Source: Flavobacteriales bacterium
Lineage (GTDB): Bacteria > Bacteroidota > Bacteroidia > Flavobacteriales_D > CAJJDF01
Direction of reading: 5' to 3'
NCBI GenBank assembly: GCA_020630395.1
Contig: JAHDBM010000049.1
Span: 1-20,811, forward strand
DNA: 20,811 nt
The notes beneath the pieces were generated by a model. That model was not told the DNA's origin, made no database searches, and was given only the letters and a program-made list of their open reading frames with translations. Position numbers and translations under genes: made by a program. Of this stretch, positions 1-9,400 are shown piece by piece (the first letter of the stretch is position 1; the number at the start of each line of letters is the position of its first letter).

Positions 1-72
1 ATGATACATTTGAAGGAGAACAGTCATTCAAAGGTTATATTTATTTAACGAAGTAGTAAAAAGAAAATAAAG

Positions 73-104
73 AAAAAGGCGATCATGAAATGATCGCCTT
101 TTTT
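73..104. terminator. Rho-independent terminator hairpin, usable in both directions
   Basis: GGCGATCA-tgaaa-TGATCGCC stem-loop (78-98), preceded by an A-run and followed by TTTTTT. It lies just downstream of the minus-strand SPFH gene stop, and downstream of a possible plus-strand ORF ending at 48. Confidence 0.6.
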
Positions 105-130
105 ATGCATAACACTAAATCAACTTCAAG

Positions 131-1234
131 CTATTTATTCACTGAAAAAATCTCTTTTAATTGAGACACCATACCTCCGTTACCAGAGACTGTAATCTCA
201 CCTATTTTATCTGCAATTTTTTCCACATACTCCATTTCTTTTAATTTAAATAACATTTCGTTATCGTCCATTAACTTAGCAGTATTTAATAAACTTCTTG
301 TAGCTGCAGTTTCTTCTCTTCGAGTAATCATATTAGCTTGTGCCCTTTTTTGAGCAACCAATACCTGGTTCATTATTTCTTTAATATCACCTGGTAATAT
401 TATATCTCGAATACCAGCATTTATAAGTTTAATACCTAAATTCTCAGTTGCTGTTTTACTTTTGGCTATTATAAATTCGCCAACTTTTTCTTTAGTTGCT
501 AAAATTTCATCAAGAGTAAGGTTACCAACATATTCTCTTAACTGCATTTGCAATAGCGTATATAATTGTTTTATGTAATCCTTATTTTCAACAAGCACTT
601 TATTAATATCGGTTATTTTATAAACTGCATCAAAGTTAATTCGCAAATTAGCTTTATCACTCGTTAAAATTTCTTGACCAATTAATTCCATGTTTTGCTG
701 ACGAACATCTATTCTCTTAACTTCTACTTTAGAAGCATTATTCCAAAACACATAATTTCCTGGAGTTAACGTTTCTTGCAATTTATCATCTATAAACAAT
801 AAACCTTTTTCATTTGACAATATATCAAATGCACGTATGTTTCTTAATACTAATGGATTTTTTAAAACAGATTTTTTTATCTCTTTAGGTACTTGTAATT
901 CATCAGTGTTATAGATTTTAAAACTATAGTCAATAGGTTCTTTCCAAAAGGCATAAGTACCAGCAGTTAATATAGAATTAAACAGGTTGTTTTTGTACAC
1001 AAGCGCTATTTCGTTATCATTAACAACCACCACATCAAGAAGATTTGCCAACTCATTATTTTTAACAAGAATAGCAATATCTATATGAGACGTAAAAGGT
1101 TGCATTTTGTTATAAATTACTACTTTTTCTTTTGCTTTTAACCAGTATTTACCCGTTTGTAAAACTTTAGTTAATTGTTGATTTTCGAATACTAATGCTA
1201 CTTCGTAAGCATTTATTTGTGTTTTGTTAAACAT
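131..1234 (-). CDS. SPFH/band-7 (stomatin/flotillin-like) domain protein
   Basis: 367-aa ORF. The C-terminal half (…ILPGDIKEIMNQVLVAQKRAQANMITRREETAATRSL…) resembles the SPFH-domain core followed by a coiled-coil tail. A terminator lies downstream. Confidence 0.7.
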   Translation of the reverse strand: MFNKTQINAYEVALVFENQQLTKVLQTGKYWLKAKEKVVIYNKMQPFTSHIDIAILVKNNELANLLDVVVVNDNEIALVYKNNLFNSILTAGTYAFWKEPIDYSFKIYNTDELQVPKEIKKSVLKNPLVLRNIRAFDILSNEKGLLFIDDKLQETLTPGNYVFWNNASKVEVKRIDVRQQNMELIGQEILTSDKANLRINFDAVYKITDINKVLVENKDYIKQLYTLLQMQLREYVGNLTLDEILATKEKVGEFIIAKSKTATENLGIKLINAGIRDIILPGDIKEIMNQVLVAQKRAQANMITRREETAATRSLLNTAKLMDDNEMLFKLKEMEYVEKIADKIGEITVSGNGGMVSQLKEIFSVNK

Positions 1235-1608
1235 GTTGTTTTGTTTTTAGTGTTATTATTTATTTTAATAGGTTTTGCAACCACATTTTGTTTGTTTAAG
1301 TAGGATTAAGAATGTTTAATCAATTCCCGCAAAGCGGAGAAAAGAAATCGTTACAATCTCGATAAGCGTTCTAGAAAAAAGGGAAAAACAATGAACCGAA
1401 GTTTATTCTTTTTTGCTGATTTCTGTACTGACTTAGTTTGATTATAAATCGATAAAATTTCGCAAAGCTTTTTGTGAATTTCTTTCTTTAAAAGTCTAGA
1501 CCAATAAAGAAAGACGACTAAACATTTTTATATCCTGTTTTCCTTTAAGAGCAGATTTTCATCTGCGGTTTGCTAGATTAGAAGTCTAGTGCGTTTACCA
1601 ATTTCGCC

Positions 1609-1680
1609 ACTTTGGTTACCCAAAGGCAGGATTCGAACCTGCAGATTAAAACTATTGCTCTACCCACTGAGCTATTTTTG
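1609..1680 (-). pseudogene. Pseudo-tRNA: canonical 5' half and T-arm, but truncated anticodon region and mismatched acceptor
   Basis: Minus-strand read: GCAAAAA-TA-GCTCAGTGGGTAGAGC, then only 13 nt, then GCAGG-TTCGAAT-CCTGC-CTTTGGGTAACCA. The D-arm and T-arm are canonical. The anticodon arm is missing and the 3' acceptor does not pair with the 5' strand. Confidence 0.4.
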
Positions 1681-1925
1681 CTTTTACACAAAAAATGGGA
1701 ATCGAACCCATGACCTATAGTATTGGTGGATTTTTTGGAAAAACCCCTAACCTTCAAGTCAAGTTGTATACAAATAATAGATGCTTCTCAGCAATTATCC
1801 GCACATTGGTGCTATACAGAAACACACAACAAGACCTGCTTGATATTTTAAATATTATGTATGTTAAAGAACGATCATTAAGTTTCCTTAATGGGCCCCC
1901 TCGCCATAATGCGAGGAGGGAATAT

Positions 1926-1953
1926 TGGTACCCCTTATCAGATTCGAACTGAC
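1926..1953 (-). pseudogene. tRNA 3'-end fragment (T-arm + acceptor 3' strand + discriminator + encoded CCA)
   Basis: Minus-strand read: GTCAG-TTCGAAT-CTGAT-AAGGGGT-A-CCA. No complementary 5' acceptor strand (ACCCCTT) or D/anticodon arms were found upstream. Confidence 0.35.
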
Positions 1954-2248
1954 ACTTTCGCTTTTACACGACCTGATTGGCTCTAAATGCGCTTCCCTAC
2001 TTTTGGTCCTCCAATTTTGGTGCTTCTGCAAAATCTATTTATATAACAGTGTGCGTTATACAACATCATCCAATCACTCCATGGCTTCGATAAAGGTCTT
2101 TTGCTACAGCTCTTCCCTTTGAGCTAAAGAGGTATTTCATATTGACAAAACAAAGATTACAAACACCTGCGCAATGATTTCGCGTAGATAAAAAATAGAA
2201 TAGCAATAACTTTTACTTATATTAAAATGTATTAATCAATACTCCTAG

Positions 2249-3433
2249 ATGAAGTCTATACTAAATAGTATTTTAATATTACTTGTTTCTATCTGTACCA
2301 TTTATACGGTTGCATTTTCACAGCAATTTGTACCAGGAACATCTGTTTTAGATACAACAGGTTATGTAGAATATATTCCTGGAAATTTACCAGTTATAAT
2401 TTCGGTACCGCACGGAGGATATCTAGAACCTAGTTCAATACCACAAAGAAATTGTAGTGGTTGTACTTATATAAGAGATGCTTATACACAAGAGCTAGCC
2501 AGAAGCTTACAAGTTGATTTTTTTAACAAGACTGGTTGTTATCCTCATGTAATAATTAATCTATTACATAGAAATAGATTTGATGCTAACCGTTCAATTG
2601 CAACAGCTGCCGATAGTAATGTAACGGTAGAGCAATCCTGGTATGCTTATCATGAATATATAGATTCGGCAAAAGCAAAAATTACTAGAGACTATGGAAA
2701 AGGGTTATTTATTGATCTTCATGGTCATGGCCACACCATCCAAAGATTAGAATTAGGATATACCTTATCAAAAGCTCAACTTCAATTGTCCGATTCTGCA
2801 TTAGACTCTCTTCAATATGTAAACATGAGTAGTATAAAATCATTAACACAAAACAACTTATTGTCTTTATCTCACTCACAATTATTAAGAGGACCAAATA
2901 GTTTTGGAACGCTTAATGAAAACAAAGGAATACCAGCAGTTCCTAGTATTCTAGATCCATTTCCCGTAGGGACAGAACCCTATTTTAGTGGAGGTTACAA
3001 TACCGATCGTCATGGTTCAGTTAATGGAGGAACGATAGATGCTATTCAAATTGAATGTAACCAAGATGTCCGTTTCGATTCGTTAACAAGAGCATTATTT
3101 GCTGATAGTTTAACTGATGTAATAAATGAATTTATTAATTTACATTATATTAATTCGTATATCGGGAGTTATTGTAATTTGACAAATAACATTTGTAAAA
3201 ATAACTTCGAAGAAATACTGATATTTCCTAATCCTGCTAATCAAACAGTATATTTTAATACTAAACAAACTCACCTTGAAGTTTCCATTTACGATTTAGT
3301 AGGAAATCATATACATAAGATGAAACTAGTCAAGAATACAATGGATATTAGCTTTTTAAAAAAAGGAGCTTACTTATTTTATATATCAAAAGACAATAGG
3401 TTTATTGGGGTCAATAAAGTAATAAAACGATAG
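2249..3433 (+). CDS. Secreted T9SS-sorted protein; N-terminal domain resembles a zinc hydrolase of the carboxypeptidase-like superfamily (N-formylglutamate amidohydrolase / AstE-AspA / M14 type)
   Basis: Signal peptide MKSILNSILILLVSICTIYTVAFSQQ. Motifs ISVPHGGYLEP, IRDAYTQELAR and FIDLHGHGH. The C-terminal ~75 aa (ILIFPNPANQTVYFN…IYDLVGNHIH…GAYLFYI) match the Por/T9SS C-terminal sorting domain pattern. Confidence 0.6.
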   Translation: MKSILNSILILLVSICTIYTVAFSQQFVPGTSVLDTTGYVEYIPGNLPVIISVPHGGYLEPSSIPQRNCSGCTYIRDAYTQELARSLQVDFFNKTGCYPHVIINLLHRNRFDANRSIATAADSNVTVEQSWYAYHEYIDSAKAKITRDYGKGLFIDLHGHGHTIQRLELGYTLSKAQLQLSDSALDSLQYVNMSSIKSLTQNNLLSLSHSQLLRGPNSFGTLNENKGIPAVPSILDPFPVGTEPYFSGGYNTDRHGSVNGGTIDAIQIECNQDVRFDSLTRALFADSLTDVINEFINLHYINSYIGSYCNLTNNICKNNFEEILIFPNPANQTVYFNTKQTHLEVSIYDLVGNHIHKMKLVKNTMDISFLKKGAYLFYISKDNRFIGVNKVIKR

Positions 3434-3443
3434 GTTTAGATTA

Positions 3444-3481
3444 AAAAACACCCCTAACAAATTAGATTTATTAGGGGTTTT
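3444..3481. terminator. Terminator hairpin between convergent genes
   Basis: ACCCCTAA / TTAGGGGT 8-bp stem (3450-3457 and 3471-3478) with a 13-nt loop. A-rich on one side, TTTT on the other. It sits between the stop of the plus-strand gene (3433) and the stop of the RHS gene (3489). Confidence 0.5.
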
Positions 3482-3488
3482 CATGTGT

Positions 3489-6400
3489 TTAATAATTATT
3501 AGTCATAATGTATCCAAGTGGTGTACCGGCAGGCGCAGGCCTAGTAGGTACGATAGGAGGTAATGGTTTATCTCTAAGACCAACTTTTTCAGCAAAAGGT
3601 ATTAGAGTAGATGATTTCCAATTTTGATACCATTCTGTATGAGAAGCAGCTTCAGCAATGTCCCATCCTAATCCTAGAGCCTTGGCATATGGGTGTTTAC
3701 CTTCACTAATTAATGCAACTCCAACTTTAATTGATGTAACAAAACCGCTCTGCCTTCCTTGTCTATATTGGTTTAAATCATCAAGAACTCCAATCGCAGT
3801 GCCGGCCTTACCTAGTCCATTTGCAACCTTGTTAACTTTGTTTTGTAAAATTACGGTATGTCCTCTTGCACCATATTTACCCCAACTGGATCCATTTAAT
3901 TTATTTCTTCTCCACTTACCATCTACTAGTGATCGCCATTTTCCATCTTTTATTAATTGACCTGAGAAAAAGTTTAAGGAATGACCAGTCCATGCCATGG
4001 TTTGAGTAATATAATCCCACCTATTAAAGGCTGGTTTATGTATAATAACATTTGTAACTGTAGACATTTGGTAATACACACCATCATCTCCTCTTACTAT
4101 TTCAGGGGCATGATCTTCTTGATAAGCGCTTATAGGACAATCTGGGCAAGGAGGATCATTGTGTGATCTATGGTTTAATGCAGTAATAACAAGTCCTTTT
4201 CCTGCACCTGCAAAAAAGTTACCTCCACTTATAACACTCGTAATTCCGCCAGATGCTGCACCAGCCGCATAGGCTTCTAATGCACTTGCATTATCGGTTA
4301 AAGATCCAAATCCTGAAGAGACAACAGAAGTTAGGAATCCACTTCCAAAACTACCACCTTGCATTATTGAACCAAAGCCACCTACCATACCGTGTGCTCC
4401 AGCTCTTAGTAACTCTTTTCCTGCCGAACCAGTAGCTCCAATTGCTGATCCTATACCAGATGTAGCAGCAGAAGTTACACCACCTACAATAGCACCAGCT
4501 ATAAATCCTGTGGCAAAACTACCACCTTGCTTATGATTACTTATTCCTTGAACAATTCCACTAATTACAGCACCAATTCCTATAGCAGCTATAATACCTA
4601 AATCTCCTTGAGGATCGGCATACATAGCAGGGTTATTATTCATACTTACATAAGGAGAATAAGCCGCAACTGCATAACCCTTTGGATCTACTTGATACCA
4701 TCTTGCCATAGATGGATCATAAGTTCTATATCGGGTAAAACCTAAATTTAAATCGAAAGAAAATTCGTATTCGATTCCATTATATAAATAATTGTTTTCA
4801 TGTCCATTAGATGCATTTGTGTTATTAAGGCTTGTTCTAATGTTGAAATGCTGCATCCCATAAGGATAGTAATCGGTTGCTTGAAGTATTTCATTGTCCT
4901 CGATAGATCCATTATCGTTTAGGTCGCTATATACTGCTCGTGTATTGCCTAAATGATCTTGTATGTAGTAATCATATCTTGGCGTACTGTGTATGTTGTT
5001 AACTCTATAAAAACCACCATTAATGGTTTCATCATTATTTGTGTAAATAAAGCTGCCAATATAATCTGTAACTTCAGTTATCGATCCATTGTGAGTAACC
5101 GTTTTTTGAAGTCTACTTCCATTAGCATCAAATAACCATTGTATTTTACCAGTTTGATCTGATTTTTCTATTTCATATGGAAGGTCAAAATAATTGTACA
5201 AAATATTAATTTGTCTACTAGGATCATATGTAATATTACCATCTAAGTCATATAAATATTTCTCATTACCATTCCAGGAGTATTGATTTTTAGACTCATA
5301 ACCTGGAGAATGATGGGTATAAATAGGAGAATAGTTATATTCCCTAATGCGCTCAAGTCTATTATAATAATTGTTCTCATACATATAATATAAATCATCA
5401 ACTTTTACTCTATTATAGCCTTGAACAATATTATTGTAGCCTACACCATATCGTATTAACCTTTCCAAATTTCCTTGATCATCATAACTATAAGAACAAT
5501 CATATAAGCCCACAGATTGATTACCATTACCCTCAGAGTAAATAGCTTCAGTTAATCTACCTATGTAATCGTAGCCATAATCATAGTTTTTCCAGGATTC
5601 ATTTCTGTGTTTCCATCTAATAGCTGATAGTTTACCATCTCGGTAGGTGTTCACACCAGTTAAACTTGTATTATTTGTTTCATAAATGAATGACAAACTA
5701 AAAATATCATCAGCTGTTGGGTTTGCATTTATACCCACTAAATGATTTTTTTCGTAGGTATAATCTATTGTTTGAAGCGCTCCGTTATTATTAACTCCGT
5801 TTTGACTTTGACTAATTGTTCCATCAGCATTAAAGGTATTATGTGATAAATGTTCTGTGTGTCCATTAATGGTTTGGTAAGCATCAGTAGCTATGCCTTG
5901 AGGAGTATAAGCTGTTTCATTTTCAATTACAACTGGATTGGCGTTAGCTGTTTTTCTTTGTGTTACACGCCAACTAATTATGTTACCTGCAAAATCATAG
6001 ACATAATTATCAGTTACTTTGGAACCGCCAAGGTGATTGTCTTTTTCTACACGTAATAACCTTCCATATGTATCGTAATCATTTATAGTTACCAGTCGAT
6101 TGGAGGTTAATTGAAATCCATTAAACATGGCAGTTTCTTGTCGAACCACTTTGTTAATGCTAGTTCCAGAGTTACTGTAAAAAGTTTCATTCCAGATATT
6201 TGTTGCTAATAAATTTTCAACATTGGGTTCTCCATTTAAATCGATATCACCCGATCGAATTAATCGCCCTTTCGTGTCATATTCGAATACGTTCCATTTA
6301 TTTAAACTGTTTAATTTGCTGGTTTGTTTTGCGACTAGCTGGTTAAGACTGTTATATCTAAACTTAACTATTCCTTTATCAGGAGATTTTAACTCTATTA

Positions 6401-9400
6401 AATTACCTTGCCCATCATATTTTTTTAAGAAAACAGAATTTGTATTACTTGTAGAAACAGAGGGAGGTATTACTTTAATTATTCTAGCTTTATGATCGTA
6501 TTGTGTATAAGCATCTAGATGATCGTTAACTGTTTGATAGGTGGTTCTTGCTAATACTGTTTTTCCTTCTACGTCATTAAACGTAATTGTTTTTTTTCCT
6601 TCAGGTGTTATTACTGTTGTTTTAAATAGTTTACCCTCTGGAAAGAACCCTCCATTATCTAAGTTTTTTACATTATCTGTGGATAAATTGTGTCCGTATG
6701 AATAATAAGTTGGTTCTCCTTGTGGAGGTGTTACCTCCATTAATCTACCTAATGGAGACAATTCATATACATATTGTGTATATTTTGCTATAGCTGGATC
6801 AGGGAATAATTGAAATTGTCCATTGTTTCCACCTTCAAATTCTTGATATTGGAAAATATCTTTACCTACTTCATCATAATGTGTTATGTTAACCAAATCT
6901 AGTCCATTTACCGAAGCATTTTCATCTACCGCAACAATAACTCTTCCAATACCATCAAAGTAATTTCGAGCAGCTTTGTCTGCTACAGGGTTTTCGGGAA
7001 TTTGTGTGTAACTCACATTTGTTCTTGTATAAGGGTAATCATCATTTTTTATATCGCCCATGTGGTAGCTGTGGGTTGTAATGATGTTACCTCTAGCCTC
7101 TGTTTTGGTGATTAGTCTTCCAAATTGATCATAAACAAAATCAATTTCTTCGCCACTAATAGAGGTTATTTTAGATACTAATCGGGTATTGGGATAATAA
7201 TCGCTATAAGATGTATTACCGTTAAAAGATGTACTAATTAATTTATGATCTTCGTAGGTCATAACTTGTTCTCCCCATCCTGGTTTTTTTGTTCTTAAAA
7301 TATTTCCGTCTCCATATTGAACTAAGGTATCAGTTGGTATCCAACTCCCTGTATAATCGTCTTCTACGTTTTGTGTTCCTAAAAATTTATAGCCAACATG
7401 TGGGTATAGTTTAGGCATAAATAGACTTTGTGTGTTCAACATATGGCGGTAATCAATAATACCGTATACATCTACTAATGGATGATAAGATGCAGTATTC
7501 ATCACGCCATTTTCATCAAAAAGTTCGAATTTTGTTTTTACACCACCAGTTTGTATTTTTTCTCCATTTACTCGTTTAAACACCTCTGTTTTTAAAGGTA
7601 TGTTTTGCAAGTTTAACGCCAGTAAAACTTCATCTGCCAAGGTACTATCATCTACTAAATCAAACGCATAAGAATATTCTTCTTCTCTTCTATTACCATT
7701 ACTGTTTGTTGTTACTTTAGCTTCTGGTGCAATGTGTGGGTTAATTGTATTGTAATAATAATCGGTTCTAACATCAACACCATCTTTTATCGACTCTATG
7801 GTTTGCAATTGATAGTAACCATCTTTAATGTAATATTCACTACACGATATGAGGTTTACTTTATGGGTTCCAAAACCTCCGTTATCTCTTCTAAATGATA
7901 CAATTTCTCCAATCTTGTACAGTTTTTCGGTTGAGTGTAAATTCCAATATGAATCGTAGGGAGTATAAGTTGTTTTGGCAACTTCATTATTAAAGGCATC
8001 TACCATAATTATTTCAGATACTTGGCCCGTAAATGGATTAAAAATTGGAGGTGTAAAAGGAAACTTATGTTCATTAGGAGTAACCCAATCTTGCATTTCT
8101 TGTTTAAACTTATAAATGGTTTTTCCATTTCTAGGAAGATGAACTTCCTTTACTTCTGTATAAGCAATAGGTGTCCCGTTATATCCGCTTAACGGCATAA
8201 AACTTTGATCACTAAAATATATTCTCTGAAAATATGCATCACGTGCCCATGTAGGTAAGTTTACTCCATCATCTCTATGGTGAAGGTTCCAGCTACTTGA
8301 ATTTGGGACTTCTCTTTGAGCGTAATCAAATTTATTAATATTCATGCTAAAAATAGGTTCAAATAATCTTTCACCACTAGACTCTGTAGAATTACCAACA
8401 GTATATTCAAATTCAGTTATTATATCATTATCAGTTTCTTCAATTCCATCTTCAACTGTTATCCTTTTTATTCTAAGTCCAGGCGCAAGCTTGTTAGGGT
8501 CAGGTACGATTGATGGTGTTTTTAGTTTTAAAGAACCTGGTCCACCTTCTATAGTAACTTTAAATTTATAATTAACATTAGCAGTTAATCCTTGTAATGG
8601 AGATGTACCATCTTCTTCTTTAATTGGGAATGTAATATTACCCGAGTAAGTTTCATGATTTTGGATATTAAAAGACCGAGTAAGTGCTAAATCGTTAGTA
8701 GCAGTTTCAAAAATTTCGATTGTCATGTTTGCTCGGCCATCAATAGTTGGGTCGTTACAACCTTCTATGGTAAAATCTTCTAAGTCGTATGGAGATCCTG
8801 TATTGTTGTGATTATTATCAATTGGATCGTTTCCTCCTACAGGTGTAAGATGCCCACCATTTCCACCATCATTTATAAAATGATTAATAGCTAGATTCAC
8901 GGTAAACGTGCTATTTCTTAGTTCTTCCATTGAAGAAAATGTATAAGTAGCTTCATCTTCTAATTCATTACAACAAGCTAATTCACCATATTCGCACCCT
9001 TCAAGTAAAAAGCGAGTATAGAAATTAGATAGTTCTAAAAAAGAATATCTATGCCCTTCCCAATCATAAGAAGTTGAGCCTCCTGTAGGATATTGAACTT
9101 TTGTTAATACTCCATATTTTGCTTTTTCTTCATTTGCAGATCTATTGGCACCACCCTTATGTTTGACGATTACTTGATTTGTAACTGGGTCAACAAGTCT
9201 TTCTGTTCTTGATGGGATATTATCTGATCGGTAATTGTTTAATGATGCTCCATTGTAATATCCCATTTCATCTGTAGCTTTTGATAACCTACTAGGAAAG
9301 TATGGCTCGTTATCATTAGATGAGTCGGGAAAATGATACGTTAATTCGTAGGGAGGCATTTGTATGCTTTGATCACAAGATACCTCTTGAATACTTTTTA

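Noticed and set aside
1-48. Possible 3' end of a plus-strand CDS running off the window start (…KENSHSKVIFI*)
   Set aside because: Only 15 codons are visible, too little to support a call. The hairpin at 78-98 would serve as its terminator if it is real.
1695-2122. ORFs 1695..1952 (+) and 1925..2122 (+)
   Set aside because: They span tRNA fragments and an A/T-rich non-coding stretch. No signal peptide, no domain-like content, and they overlap each other.
1926-2250. tmRNA (ssrA) hypothesis for the CCA-ending T-arm/acceptor fragment at 1926-1953
   Set aside because: No complementary 5' acceptor strand (would read AAGGGGT on the plus strand) and no tag-reading-frame-like region are visible within ~350 nt. 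More likely a tRNA 3' remnant. A covariance-model search would settle it.
2709-2897. 62-aa minus-strand ORF inside the 2249..3433 gene; also the 10759..10953 (+) and 11350..11550 (+) ORFs inside the M43-like gene, and the 18655..18861 (-) and 16950..17183 (+) ORFs inside rtcB and prfH
   Set aside because: All are embedded in, and out of frame with or antisense to, longer ORFs that have clear domain signatures.
2249-3433. Possibility that the 394-aa gene downstream of the RHS toxin end is its immunity protein
   Set aside because: It is on the opposite strand (convergent), separated by a terminator, and is itself a signal-peptide plus T9SS-CTD exported hydrolase-like protein. RHS immunity proteins are normally small, cytoplasmic and co-oriented.
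3658-8571. Plus-strand ORFs of 60-100 aa inside the RHS gene (3658..3960, 3981..4166, 4253..4435, 4953..5135, 5850..6056, 6223..6495, 8344..8571)
   Set aside because: They are antisense to a 7.2-kb continuous, repeat-rich coding frame. They have low-complexity, hydrophobic-biased translations with no start or termination context. Treated as frame artefacts.
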